Below are positions 53,409 to 64,000 of a stretch of 64,000 nt of DNA, piece by piece. The notes beneath the pieces are model-generated. The model saw only the letters and a program-made list of their open reading frames with translations, searched no databases and was not told where the DNA came from. Origin of the DNA: Paramecium tetraurelia. Taxonomy: Eukaryota. The DNA is taken from the NCBI GenBank assembly GCA_000165425.1, contig CT868208.1, forward strand, positions 186,001 through 250,000. The letters run 5' to 3'. The position numbers and the translations under genes were made by a program. Each line of letters opens with the position of its first letter. The first letter of the stretch is position 1.

Positions 53409-54974
53409 TCAGGCTGATGATTATCTTTATGAGCAATCGTTTCCAAAATATCCAACCCAGCATCTACAAGTGCTGTTGCTTATGCAAACTCCTCTGTTGC
53501 TACAATTATTGGGACAAAATTGCAATTGAGCACAGAATTTGGTAATATCTGGACATGTAATTGTACCATATTGTTATCCCAATTTCACAGATATAACTTG
53601 TCCACTTGTTGTACAAGTCACTGCTGTTCCATCAACATTTACAATCACCTTCCCATTCACACATTAAGAGCTATAGCAACTACTTCTGGCTGTTGCATAA
53701 GCATTCTAAGCCAAAGTAGTGATAAAACATTATGAATTGATTCCAATCGATCCTCCTGTCAATTTTGCTAATTTATCATTGTAATCTGTCTTATATCTAC
53801 AATCACTTTGTTCTCTCCAATAATTGCATCCTTAACTAAGTTGATCACCTGCATAACAACCACTTACACTATTAAAATTGTTAGAACATCCAGATTAATC
53901 TTTTACCTTGCAAAATTCCTCATATACAACTGAACATGCACCTGTAGTCAATGTACAACCATCATCTTTGCCCCATCCGAATATTTATGCATAAGTGTAA
54001 TTTGGAAGGTACCAACCTGTTCCTTCCAATAAAGCCAAAGTGAATTCAGAAATCACCTAATCTGGGAATGGATCACCTGTCATTATCTCATTACCAAATG
54101 TAATCCTCTCCCAATGAAATCCTGCTATATCCTATCCACCATTCTCTTCCAATAAAGCACCTACTGCAGCATTACATGAAAAATATCTCTTCACTCTATC
54201 CAAAACGGGGGTTAATATTACATATTATCTATTCTTGAAAGTTCTTATTACATTGTCAATTCCCAAAACCTTATTGTCTGCTGCATTCACATAATAGGGG
54301 TACAACACACTATTGAACCCAATCAGATGAATCATCTCATGCAAGGTTTGCTATAACCAATATTCCCATTCTTCATTATTGTTTTTTTCAACGTTAACTT
54401 GATTGAAAATTGCCAGATTGACCTATAATGTTCCTAATATTGGTCTATTAGTCACACTGTCCAATTCACATGATACTCCTCTCAACCACCAAGTCCCGGT
54501 TGGATCATTTGATGCAGCCATGAGGATACCCAAATCAAACACCTATCCAGATTTTTATAAGTTTTAAACACTCAATCCTCCACATTTCTAACTTACAAAT
54601 GTGTTTGACATTCTTGGAAACACTTTTAAAGTCGTCTATAAGAATGCCAAGGCTGGAGTCATTAGATTGTCTTTAATGAAGGCTAATTAATTTTTCTTAA
54701 CATAAGGCTCTACATTAGAGTAATCCACTTAAGTCCTTAAAGGACCCCAATTTCCAGCAGCGTGTTTTTTCAATATTGACCTCTCGTGATGCAATGTAGC
54801 TTCTACTGGTATTTCATCTCTATGTGACACAACTTATTCTCTTTGATACGCTGAAACACTTTGATCAAGTATTTAGGTATTATTTGTTGAAGAATAATAA
54901 TAATAGCATGTTGTTAAGCCCGAAAGAATCAAAAAACTCACTCCAATCTTTATCACAGTTGATAAAAATATCAT
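53409..54974 (-). CDS. Leishmanolysin-like (M8) metalloprotease with C-terminal EGF-like repeat
   Basis: Signal-like N-terminus, HEMIHLIGF, LEENGG...HWERITFGNEIM, SEFTLALLEGTGWY, CPNNCSNRGVC...GYFGNDCS. Confidence 0.92.
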
Positions 54975-55042
54975 GTTTAATTATATTTAATTAAAAAATG
55001 ATTATAGAAATTTATAAAGTATGTTAAAATCATACCTTGTTC

Positions 55043-55469
55043 TCAAAGGTCAATTAACACTTTATCTTAATTTGATTGTTTTATGTGTTTTGCAAAGGTT
55101 TCCATAGTATATTCATTAGTTTGTGCTTCCTCGCAGTATGTCTGAATTTTGAATTTCTTCCAGTCATATTTGTCATTCACTTTAACCTATCTTGGTACCA
55201 AATTAATATTCTATTTTCCACTGCAAAAGGATTTTCTGTAATTTGACATGATTGCCTTCGCTGAAGAATAGTTTATACACAAGTCTTTTGATGCCTAAAT
55301 TACATGAACATCATACTTATCGAATAGTTTACCCATTTCTCACTACCTTTATAATGAACTCCTATTTCAGTTTATCTGTCAGTTTGGCGTATCTCTTTTC
55401 AATGCATTTCCCAATCATTTTTTTCATTTCCTACTCCACTTGATTTTTTATTTCTTCTATAATCTTCAT
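55043..55469 (-). CDS. Small homeodomain-like/HTH protein (ciliate INYS-type)
   Basis: KRYAKLTDKLKQEFIIKVVRNGQTIRQASKDLCINYSSAKAIM; one intron. Confidence 0.7.
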
Positions 55470-56034
55470 AACTAATCGGAATCACTTTAGACAGAGAAAT
55501 AATTTTAAGATATTAATATTTATGATATAAAATAACATTACGCATCATTAAAGTATATTAATATAATCATGATTATACTTAAATTTGTATAAGTTTCAAT
55601 ATCTAAAAAGAAATGTTATGCTAAACACTAATACTTTATTTTTATTATAAAATCATGAACCTCACAACGCAACCATAATTAGATTCAACAACACTCTCAA
55701 AATCTTTAATTCAGTTCATAATTTATCAATCTAATTTCATGTTATAATATATCATTTTATTAAATTTCCAAAATCAAACCCCAACAATCGCATTGTTAGA
55801 ATAGTTTAATTTTATTCTTATTATCTTTGTAACTATTCCATATAGCCAAAATAGACAGTCTAGAAATAATTAATTATTTAGAAATATGAAAAAACAGAAG
55901 TGTTAGCATATTTGTATCACCCAATTAAGAAATTATAAAAAGAAATCGAAATTAATATTGTTAAATATTCTATGTTATCTCAATTATACTTGAAGTAACA
56001 CAACTAGAGGCTCTATAAATGCGTATATACAATT

Positions 56035-56325
56035 TCATAAATAATGCTTTAATCTACTCATTATTTTTTCATTTGGTTTATATACAACGTAATTCTAATC
56101 TACTTGATTCTCTTATGCCTTTACAGGTTTATGTTTTTTTGGTTATTGCCTTTATTATTTTACTATTTATTTAGGCTTTTTAAGAATTTTCTTTTTAATT
56201 TGTCTCATCAATTTATGTGGTCGTCTCTCAGTTGTCTATTCCTATACTACCTTAGGTTTTTCTTCCTTTGTTCTTTACTGCTAAATCTGTTTTTGAACGA
56301 ATTATTGAATAGCTTTAGTTTGCAT
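56035..56325 (-). CDS. Small basic hypothetical protein (96 aa)
   Basis: Intronless, K/Q/R-rich MQTKAIQQF...SRLKHYL*. Confidence 0.45.
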
Positions 56326-56357
56326 ATCACAAATCCAGAAATAAAATAAATATATAA

Positions 56358-57107
56358 TCAATAAATGAATTATTAAAGGGCCCTTTTAAGTTCAATAGAT
56401 AATGCTTTCTTTATCATCCCAGGAGGTAGTTTGATCTTAAAATCTACTTCAGCATATGCTTAGACTCTTATTTCTTAATTTGGCATTTCTTCCAAAAGAA
56501 AACCACTTATATATATGATTCCCCTTGTAGTTTACTATGATTAATCAGAATTAATAGAGCGAAGCACTTAGATATACTTATGCTAGGAAAGCTACTTTTA
56601 ATATTTGATGAAAACATATTCTCTAGAGTCAACAAATTAAATTTTCTTGAAACTTGCATAAATTAGTTAGAATTCACTAGTTGTCTGCAATGTAGTAAAT
56701 TAATCAATGTGAGTTAGATAAGTATAATTCAAAAAGTCGTTAACGGATGTCTTCTTCATTTTGAATTCATATTTTATTTGTATTATAGTGTATCTCTCTG
56801 CATGTTTAAAACTCTTAAATAGGATTGCGAGTTAATCATCCCTAAAAATCTCTTCAAACTCTATAGTAGTCTTGATCCTGTAAAGAAAGATATCAATTGA
56901 TTAGTCAATAGTTTCCTATATATTATCTGAAATTGCCAGAATTTACTCTTCTGAATGTTCATGATAATTTTCTGACTCATCAACATTATCCACTTTTGTA
57001 TAGGTCTCATCTTGTTGATGAATATCAGTTTGAGGTAATTCACTCATATTCTTGATGTTTTGTCTTTAAACTAACTTTCTTATACAATTCAAACATTAGT
57101 TACCCAT
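56358..57107 (-). CDS. START/SRPBCC-like lipid-binding domain protein with MGNQC N-terminus
   Basis: FVDSREYVFIK...VLRSI...RGIIYISGFLLE...YAEVDFKIKLP pattern typical of START domains. Confidence 0.72.
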
Positions 57108-59562
57108 AAATAATATTATTTAATCAGAAAGTCTAATTTTAAAGAATACCAACTCAGAAAATGGATTTTATATAAAATCTTAACAGTATTGTTTGATAAA
57201 TAAGAATAATAGACTCTTTTGCAATTCTTGTGATTAATTATTAATCTATAAAACGAAAAAGAACATCTTTAGAACAACTTTTAATTTATATAATAATAAA
57301 AAGGGATGAGAAAGAGAGAACCACTTCTATTTAATAACAACCTTGAATGAATAAATAAAAAGGTAAATCCTAAATAATTATATGGAATAAGCACAAAACA
57401 TTTTATTAGCAAGAAAATTTTAAGTATGATTCATAAGAACCACAAAATATATAGAAGAGTATCTGTTTTAATTTTTATCGCCAAGGAACTAACAAGTTTG
57501 AATATTAATAACAATATTTTTATAAAAAAGAATAATGGTGTAATATAAGTGAAGATACTATCTAAATTCTAATAATTTAGTGTCAGATAAAATTATCCAA
57601 TGATTTCTTAAGCTTAAAACAGTATTAATAGAGCCTATTCATAATTTTGTCTTAATTTAGATGATTTTTAATAATTTTAGATATATTATGGAGAAAGATT
57701 AAATTAGAGTTCACAAAAAGTAGAAAATATATTTTAGAGAGGAAGATTTCTCTGCCTTTGAAATTATTGAAATTGCTTATGGATATAATGAAGAGATTAA
57801 TGATTAATTTCAGAAAAAATATTAATTTTATATTAAATACAAAATGAGGGTAAGACATAAATAATACTTAAATCTGAAGTTATCTCTGAGTTATTTTTTT
57901 AAATTTACCATAATGGAGAATATTTTTTTGAATTTATATACTAATAATATGAGTATTAAACATTTTTTTAATTCTCATTTTAATTATATTTGAATTCAAA
58001 AAAATTATTCTTTGAACATTATTTCACTTATATTTTTTTATGGGAAATTCTATTGAAAATTTTTAATCTAAGTTTGCTCTAGTCCTCCTATAAATTTAGA
58101 AGACAAAAAAGACTTGTATAATTATAATAATAACAGATATTATTATTTTATTTTATTGCCTGGATAGTAATTTCTTTTTAATCAAAAAATTAATTTTTCA
58201 CTAACAATGGATAAACACTATTAATAACTAAATTTTTAGTAAGGAGTTCATCATCAGTTAATTAGGAATTACAATCAGGCGAATACATCATTGTTAAGTT
58301 CTTTTAATCATAAAACCTAAATTACTGGTTTCTATCCCTCTAAGATGAGATTATATTGCAAACTATATATATATTTATTCAAATATGAAAGCAGATGCCA
58401 TTATTTTATGTATATATCCAATTTAATATCTTTTAGCTTTCTAATTTTTGATGTATTCAAAATTATTTATTTTTATATGTTAGTTAAATTCCAATTTATA
58501 TTATTTTTAATTACAAAAGAAATAAAAATTAATAAAAAATGCAAATTATATAAATTAATATGCAAATGAATATTGAAAAGAAATAATATTATTTGATCAC
58601 CAGGACAATAATAAACAAATTAATCATAAAATATAAATAATTAAACATGAGCATGCAGCTTATAATAAAGATAAGAATAACGCTAAAGTGGGTTCGAAAC
58701 TATTCTCACATTCTTAATAATGAAATATGTGTACATTGAATTTATTGTTCAATACAAATTTATGTTGATTTATAGACAAATACTGCCTAACTTAACAAAA
58801 TGTAAATTGTTCCAACGGTCCAAAATATATGATACGTGATTAGATTAAAAATAAATAGAGTGGTTAGACTTAAACATCATTATAATAATACCTGCAATAT
58901 CTGTAATTCGAAATCGAAACCAAATCAATAATGCTCACTTTTAAATTGCCAAATAAAAAAAACAAAATTCGCATTAAAGCTACCTCTAAGGATGAAATTA
59001 TGAGACATTTCCAAAATGAATTGATCATATATATTGAAATATATTAGGGAGCATTGTTTATTCCAATATTTAAACATTATAATAAAACTAAAGTAACCAA
59101 GCCCATTAAAGGTAAATAGAGATCAGGAGCATGCATATTTTTGGTTATGGAAACGCTTGATGTCTCATTACCTAGAGTATTCAAATGAGTTATACTTAAT
59201 GTCCAATCCCCTCTATAAATAATTGGAGCATTCAATAAGGATAGTTTTCGTAGTATATATTCATTATCAACATCAAAATAAAATCTATATTGACTACTAA
59301 AAAGAGAGCTGATGAAATTTTCATATTTTGTTCCGAATACTACAATTTTTCTTTCTTATTTAATTTTTATTACTTCCCAATATTTGATGCTGTTGCCTCA
59401 AAAAAAGGATTCCCAATTCGAGATTGAAACGATTTATTTTGATCAACAGGTATCATAATAAAATCTAATGGATCTGTCATAGGGATAAGTTCTGGTTTCA
59501 TAAATAAAGGGATTTCTAGAAATATTTTTTATTATATTATTTATATACTTGCGTAAGGATAT

Positions 59563-60619
59563 ATGTTACAACAATACAGAGGAAATAGTCAACCACCAAG
59601 ATCAAATCAGATCTAAAATTATGTATTTTATGATTTTAAAATCTAGTCTAACTAAAACAATTAGTAAATGACTCCTTTTAATATGTTTTAAGAATTTGAT
59701 TCTATGTCTAACAAAATGATGCAACATATGGATCATTAATTGGCTAATTTAGGATTTGGATCAGTTTTTAGAGGTTTTGATGATCTAGAAAATGAAATGA
59801 TGGAATTCTCGAATCTTCATCGACATATGACAGGTTTAAATTAAAGAGATGTTAACTAACATTCCAAGGACGGAGTATTCTAGGTATATTCATCTAGTTA
59901 TGTTTAATCATCTAAAATGGGTCCAGATGGTCGAGTTATTTAAGAAAAATATTTTGATAATAATGCTGTCGCTAGAGGAGTCAATGGACATACTGTAAAT
60001 TATTATAATTTAAATTAGATAAGTGAAAGATAACAAGGATATAAGAATAGTGATGGAGTAGATAGATTTGGACATGAAAGAATGATGAATGATAAAGGAA
60101 GAAAACATGTAAGAGAAAGAGATAGAACAGGTTAAATCAGTACTACAAACCATTACTTGAATATGGATGAAAATTAGGTTGAATAATTTGAAAATGAATG
60201 GCTGGGAATGGGAAGAAATTTAGGAATCAATGGACCATCAGGAGGACTAAGAGCATTGTAAGGATAACAAAATATGAGAGATCTTAATAATCATCCTTTC
60301 CCAAGAGAACAGTTAACATATGAAACACCTAGTTACCCTAGAAAAAGTAATTTATTTTAATAGAATAAAATTAGATGATATCTCACCTATTATGTTGGGA
60401 AATAATAGTAATAGTTATAATAACAATAATAATCCTACTAGATTGGCTTTACCACAACAATAATAGCCAATAACACGATCTGCAATTTAGCAACCTGGAA
60501 TACAAAGCAGAGTTCCTCCCTAGCAACAACCTGTTAGGGCTTTACCTCAAACAAAACAAGAGTTCACTGGAGTATATCAAAATAAAGGTGCAAGATATCA
60601 ACATCCTTAAGCCGGATGA
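59563..60619 (+). CDS. Myeloid leukemia factor (MLF) domain protein
   Basis: YSSSYVQSSKMGPDGRV...SERQQGYKNSDGVDRFGHERMMNDKGRK...NMDENQVEQFENEW. Confidence 0.8.
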
Positions 60620-60821
60620 AAAATAACAATTTTATTCATACCAATAATTCAAATTTTATTTTATTATTTACTTAATAAAAGTATTATTCTCAACCTAAAT
60701 TTATTATCTTTTAATTGATATGTAGAATTTATTTAATAGTTTCTAGAATAATTTGAGTTAAAAACTAGATATAGTAATTATTTAAAATTTAATTAGTTTT
60801 TATATTTATATCAAGGGTAAA

Positions 60822-63759
60822 TCAAGCAAAGCCAAAACCTTCCTTTCCTTCTAAGATTGCAAGTTCTAATTTTTCTTTTAGTACTTATCTAGTGGGATAA
60901 CATGGTAAATCCAATTAATTAAAACTATTTAAATCATCTAAGAAACTTACCAAGTGTGTGATGTAGGCAACTCAAAATTTATGTAGTGCTTTTTATGAAT
61001 CTAAATCTTTTATGAACCATTGATTCCTTTTAATTCTTTAAATCCCCCAAGAGGCACTTTGGAAGTTCCTTTAAATAGTAATTTGGTATACCTGTTACAA
61101 ATTATAAAAAGGCTGCTCTCTTGCTTTCATCAAAACTCTCCAGTAATTCCCAAAGCCATTAAATTACCTTTTCCTCTTTAATATATCCATGATATTCAAC
61201 GTTCTCCTTCATATCCTCAACTTAAATATTAAATATATAATGTACGATCTATATATGGTAAGCCACACAACATAAGTTCCATTTCTTTCCATTCAAAAAT
61301 GTTAATTAAATGCTAAGGAATCAACTCATGAAAACCATTCAAAAAAGCCTCTATTTAATCTTTAATTTCCTTTGCCATTTTTTAATAACAATAGGTTTGA
61401 ACATACTCAACTTTATTATCTTCAGTCACTTATTTTGATCTGCCCCCTTCAACTAATTCTCTCTCCTCCCATTTACCAAAATTATCAACTGAATATGTCC
61501 AATAGATTCCCCAATCATTCACATTTTCCTCTAAAATCTTCTTCATTGATTTATACTCATTCAAGTCAATATCCTCCATATCATTTATAGTCAACTTCTA
61601 ACCTAGAATATGCTTATAAAATGAACGAGTAAAATAGGTATCCAATAATTATCCATCATACAATGCTTTTCCAACAACTCTTCCAATAAATTTAAAGTAC
61701 TTGATATGATCATGATTAACATGTGACTTATTGCTAGGTTGGAACATTTAACCATTTAAAGATGGAGAGAATAACGCATAATTGGGATTAAATATCTCCT
61801 TAGACAACATCAAAAACCATTCTCTAGTAACTCCTCCTTGATCTATGCCTTCCTCTCCATCAAACTCCACATTTAATTTCCCTTTTAAATCTTCAGGTCT
61901 TAATTTACTGAAACGATGATAAGAATCCATAAATATGTCTTTTCTTCTACATCTCACAGTAACATTGCAATTATGATGTCTATTATTCTGAATTTTCAAT
62001 TATTTCAATTCTATTTTGAAATACTTCTACTTATTTTCAAAATCAACTATTCTTGGATTTTTAGTTACTATTATTCCCAAACTATCATTTTTTATTCTTC
62101 CCTTCTCTTTTTACTCTTAAAGTCTTTCTTTTATCATCATATTTAGCAAAGGTTTCCCACTTTCACAAATCTATTAAAATAATTAGTCATGCAATTTTTG
62201 CTCTTGTATCTCTAATTCTTAGTATTATCCTTCCATTAATGCAATTTTCTAGGACTCCTTGTGATTCGAATTTTGTTATTTAATAGGGTTCACAATTTGG
62301 TAAATAATAAAAAAGCACTCTAAATATGGAGATATTTTCGGTGTAATTTTTATCACTTAAGATTGCGGGAGCTATTACAAAAATTTTATCAAATTTCTCC
62401 ATAACTCTATTAACTCTTTACTTTCCAATAATTCTTTAAAATTGATTGATAAACTGTTCTTTTCTCCTACTTTGGCATTAATGTCCCTTACAAACTGAAA
62501 GATATTAATCAGCGCCTTATCTCCATTAAATATTTCATCAGATTTTTAAAACTTCTAATTTATCTCCTTAATAGCTTTCTCTATGTATTCCTATATGTAC
62601 TAAACAATTAGTAATTGGTTTTCTTTGTTGTTGCAGAGACTTTGAATAATGTTTGAGAAATTCCTCACACTTTTACTCGCATTCGATAGCAAAGTCTTAC
62701 AAATACATTCAACTGATCTTTAGTCCAGCTTTACTTTAAATTAATTAATCTCTTTTTATTTCGTACTGATGTTGGTTATAGCCAATATGAGCAATTCCTA
62801 GTGTTCCCCTTGAAATTCTGGTAAAAGATATATTAATTCTAACAAGGGAATGGTTAAGCTATTTTCAGGGCTTTAATTTTATTTTTTGCTTTAGAAAAAG
62901 TAGTTGATTGAAGAAGTTTGCAAATTTGAAAACAAATACAACACTTTTAATGACACAACATTATATATTTTGCTAAAGTCTCTTACAAGTCCATTTCGTT
63001 TAACCAAAAATTATGGAGGAAAAGACTTAATTTAAGATTCTTTATATTTATTTGTTTTTAATATCAAAAATAAGGTGTCTATTAATTTGTACTCAATATT
63101 TTAAATATTACATAAGGAAATAAAAAGATTAATAGGGAAATTGATGAAACTATGAGATTCTACATAAAGTAAACTTAGTAGTGATTCGGGAAATTCATGT
63201 TTTACAGTTCCTAATTTTTAAATTATGTGTCTTTAAGTAGAGAGTAGGTCTTTTAAAGCTTAAGATTTCAAATGAGGTTTTTTCTATTAGATCTATTACA
63301 AGAAATCCATTTCCCTAGATTCCAAGTTGAAAATATTTTAACCATTATGATGCATTGGTGAAAAGTTAAATCTAACTGGATGGTTGGAAGCATCGTCTGG
63401 AATACTTTAACTAGCTGGAATGATATTCCCTCCTCCAGTAAATTGTTGAAAATGACTCCTAACATTAAGGAATGGACGTTATGGTTCATTTAATTCTTCT
63501 GGGGTTGGTTATTAGTTAATAGGGATTGAGAGCTGGATTATTTCATTTCTAATTTACTATGAAAGAGAGGCTAAAAATTAATGATCAATTCCATCAATTT
63601 CTTGGGGAAATTTTAAAATAACTTCCATCATCATATCTTCATTGAGAACTTCGAAAACTGCTGGATCAATATCATTTTTAAGGAGATCCTCAATTGTTTT
63701 ACCTTATGTTTTCAAAAGATTATAACTCTTTGGATAAAGTTATTAATAATTTTAATTGT

Positions 63760-63800
<41 letters not shown>

Positions 63801-64000
63801 TATACAGGCTATTGTTGTTCTATTATTTCGAGTTAATTGATAACTTATTGTTCATTATTAGTTTAGTCTTGCTATCCTACATTTTAGAAATCCGAAATGG
63901 TCCAAATTGGGCAAAAAGCAGCAATATCTTGATTAGCTTAATCTAAATTGTAGGATTGAAACAAATTGAATCTCGGAGCTGAGAATTGTTCCTATTACTA
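60822..64000 (-). CDS. HECT E3 ubiquitin ligase, HUWE1/Tom1/UPL1-like (5' part outside window)
   Basis: FDGEEGIDQGGVTREWF, FKFIGRVVGKA, FVTGTSKVPLGGF, LPTSHTCFNQLDLP, EGFGFA*; UBM-like IDPAVFEVLNEDMMMEVI. Confidence 0.95.
63763..63801 (-). repeat. (TAA)n trinucleotide tract encoding poly-Gln in the HECT ligase
   Basis: (TTA)n on the + strand = TAA run on the coding strand, in frame as Gln under code 6. Confidence 0.85.

Noticed and set aside
63761..63946. ORF-track poly-Leu protein
   Set aside because: Antisense shadow of the poly-Gln (TAA)n tract in the HECT ligase.

Overview
AT-rich, extremely gene-dense eukaryotic DNA from a ciliate macronuclear genome, most likely Paramecium. TAA/TAG read as Gln, TGA is the only stop, and genes are split by tiny ~19-33 nt GT..AG introns, so the supplied standard-code ORF track is mostly fragments and artefacts. 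Re-translating by eye under code 6 gives about 35 genes. These include a long protein ending in a TAF4-like domain, an eIF2a-kinase-like pseudokinase, kinesin-6, Atg101, a trichocyst matrix protein, H2A.Z, a CAMK-type kinase, a COG0523 GTPase, ZPR1, a mitochondrial carrier, YKT6, GOT2, a DHHC palmitoyltransferase, GPx, V-ATPase subunits d and a, MEMO1, importin-7/8, leishmanolysin, a START protein, MLF and a HUWE1/Tom1-like HECT ligase. Best leads: (1) two intronless microproteins, one HEXIM-like (basic tract + PHNT) and one lipid-anchored PP1-docking type (MGC + GILK + RVxF-like); (2) two paralogous transposase-type HTH genes flanking a Rab pseudogene; (3) several pseudoenzymes (DHHC->EFHS, kinase, histidine kinase); (4) 31-33 bp head-to-head promoters sharing a TTTGAATTCAAA-like palindrome. 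All calls are manual pattern recognition; no searches were run, and exon boundaries and starts may be off by a few codons.
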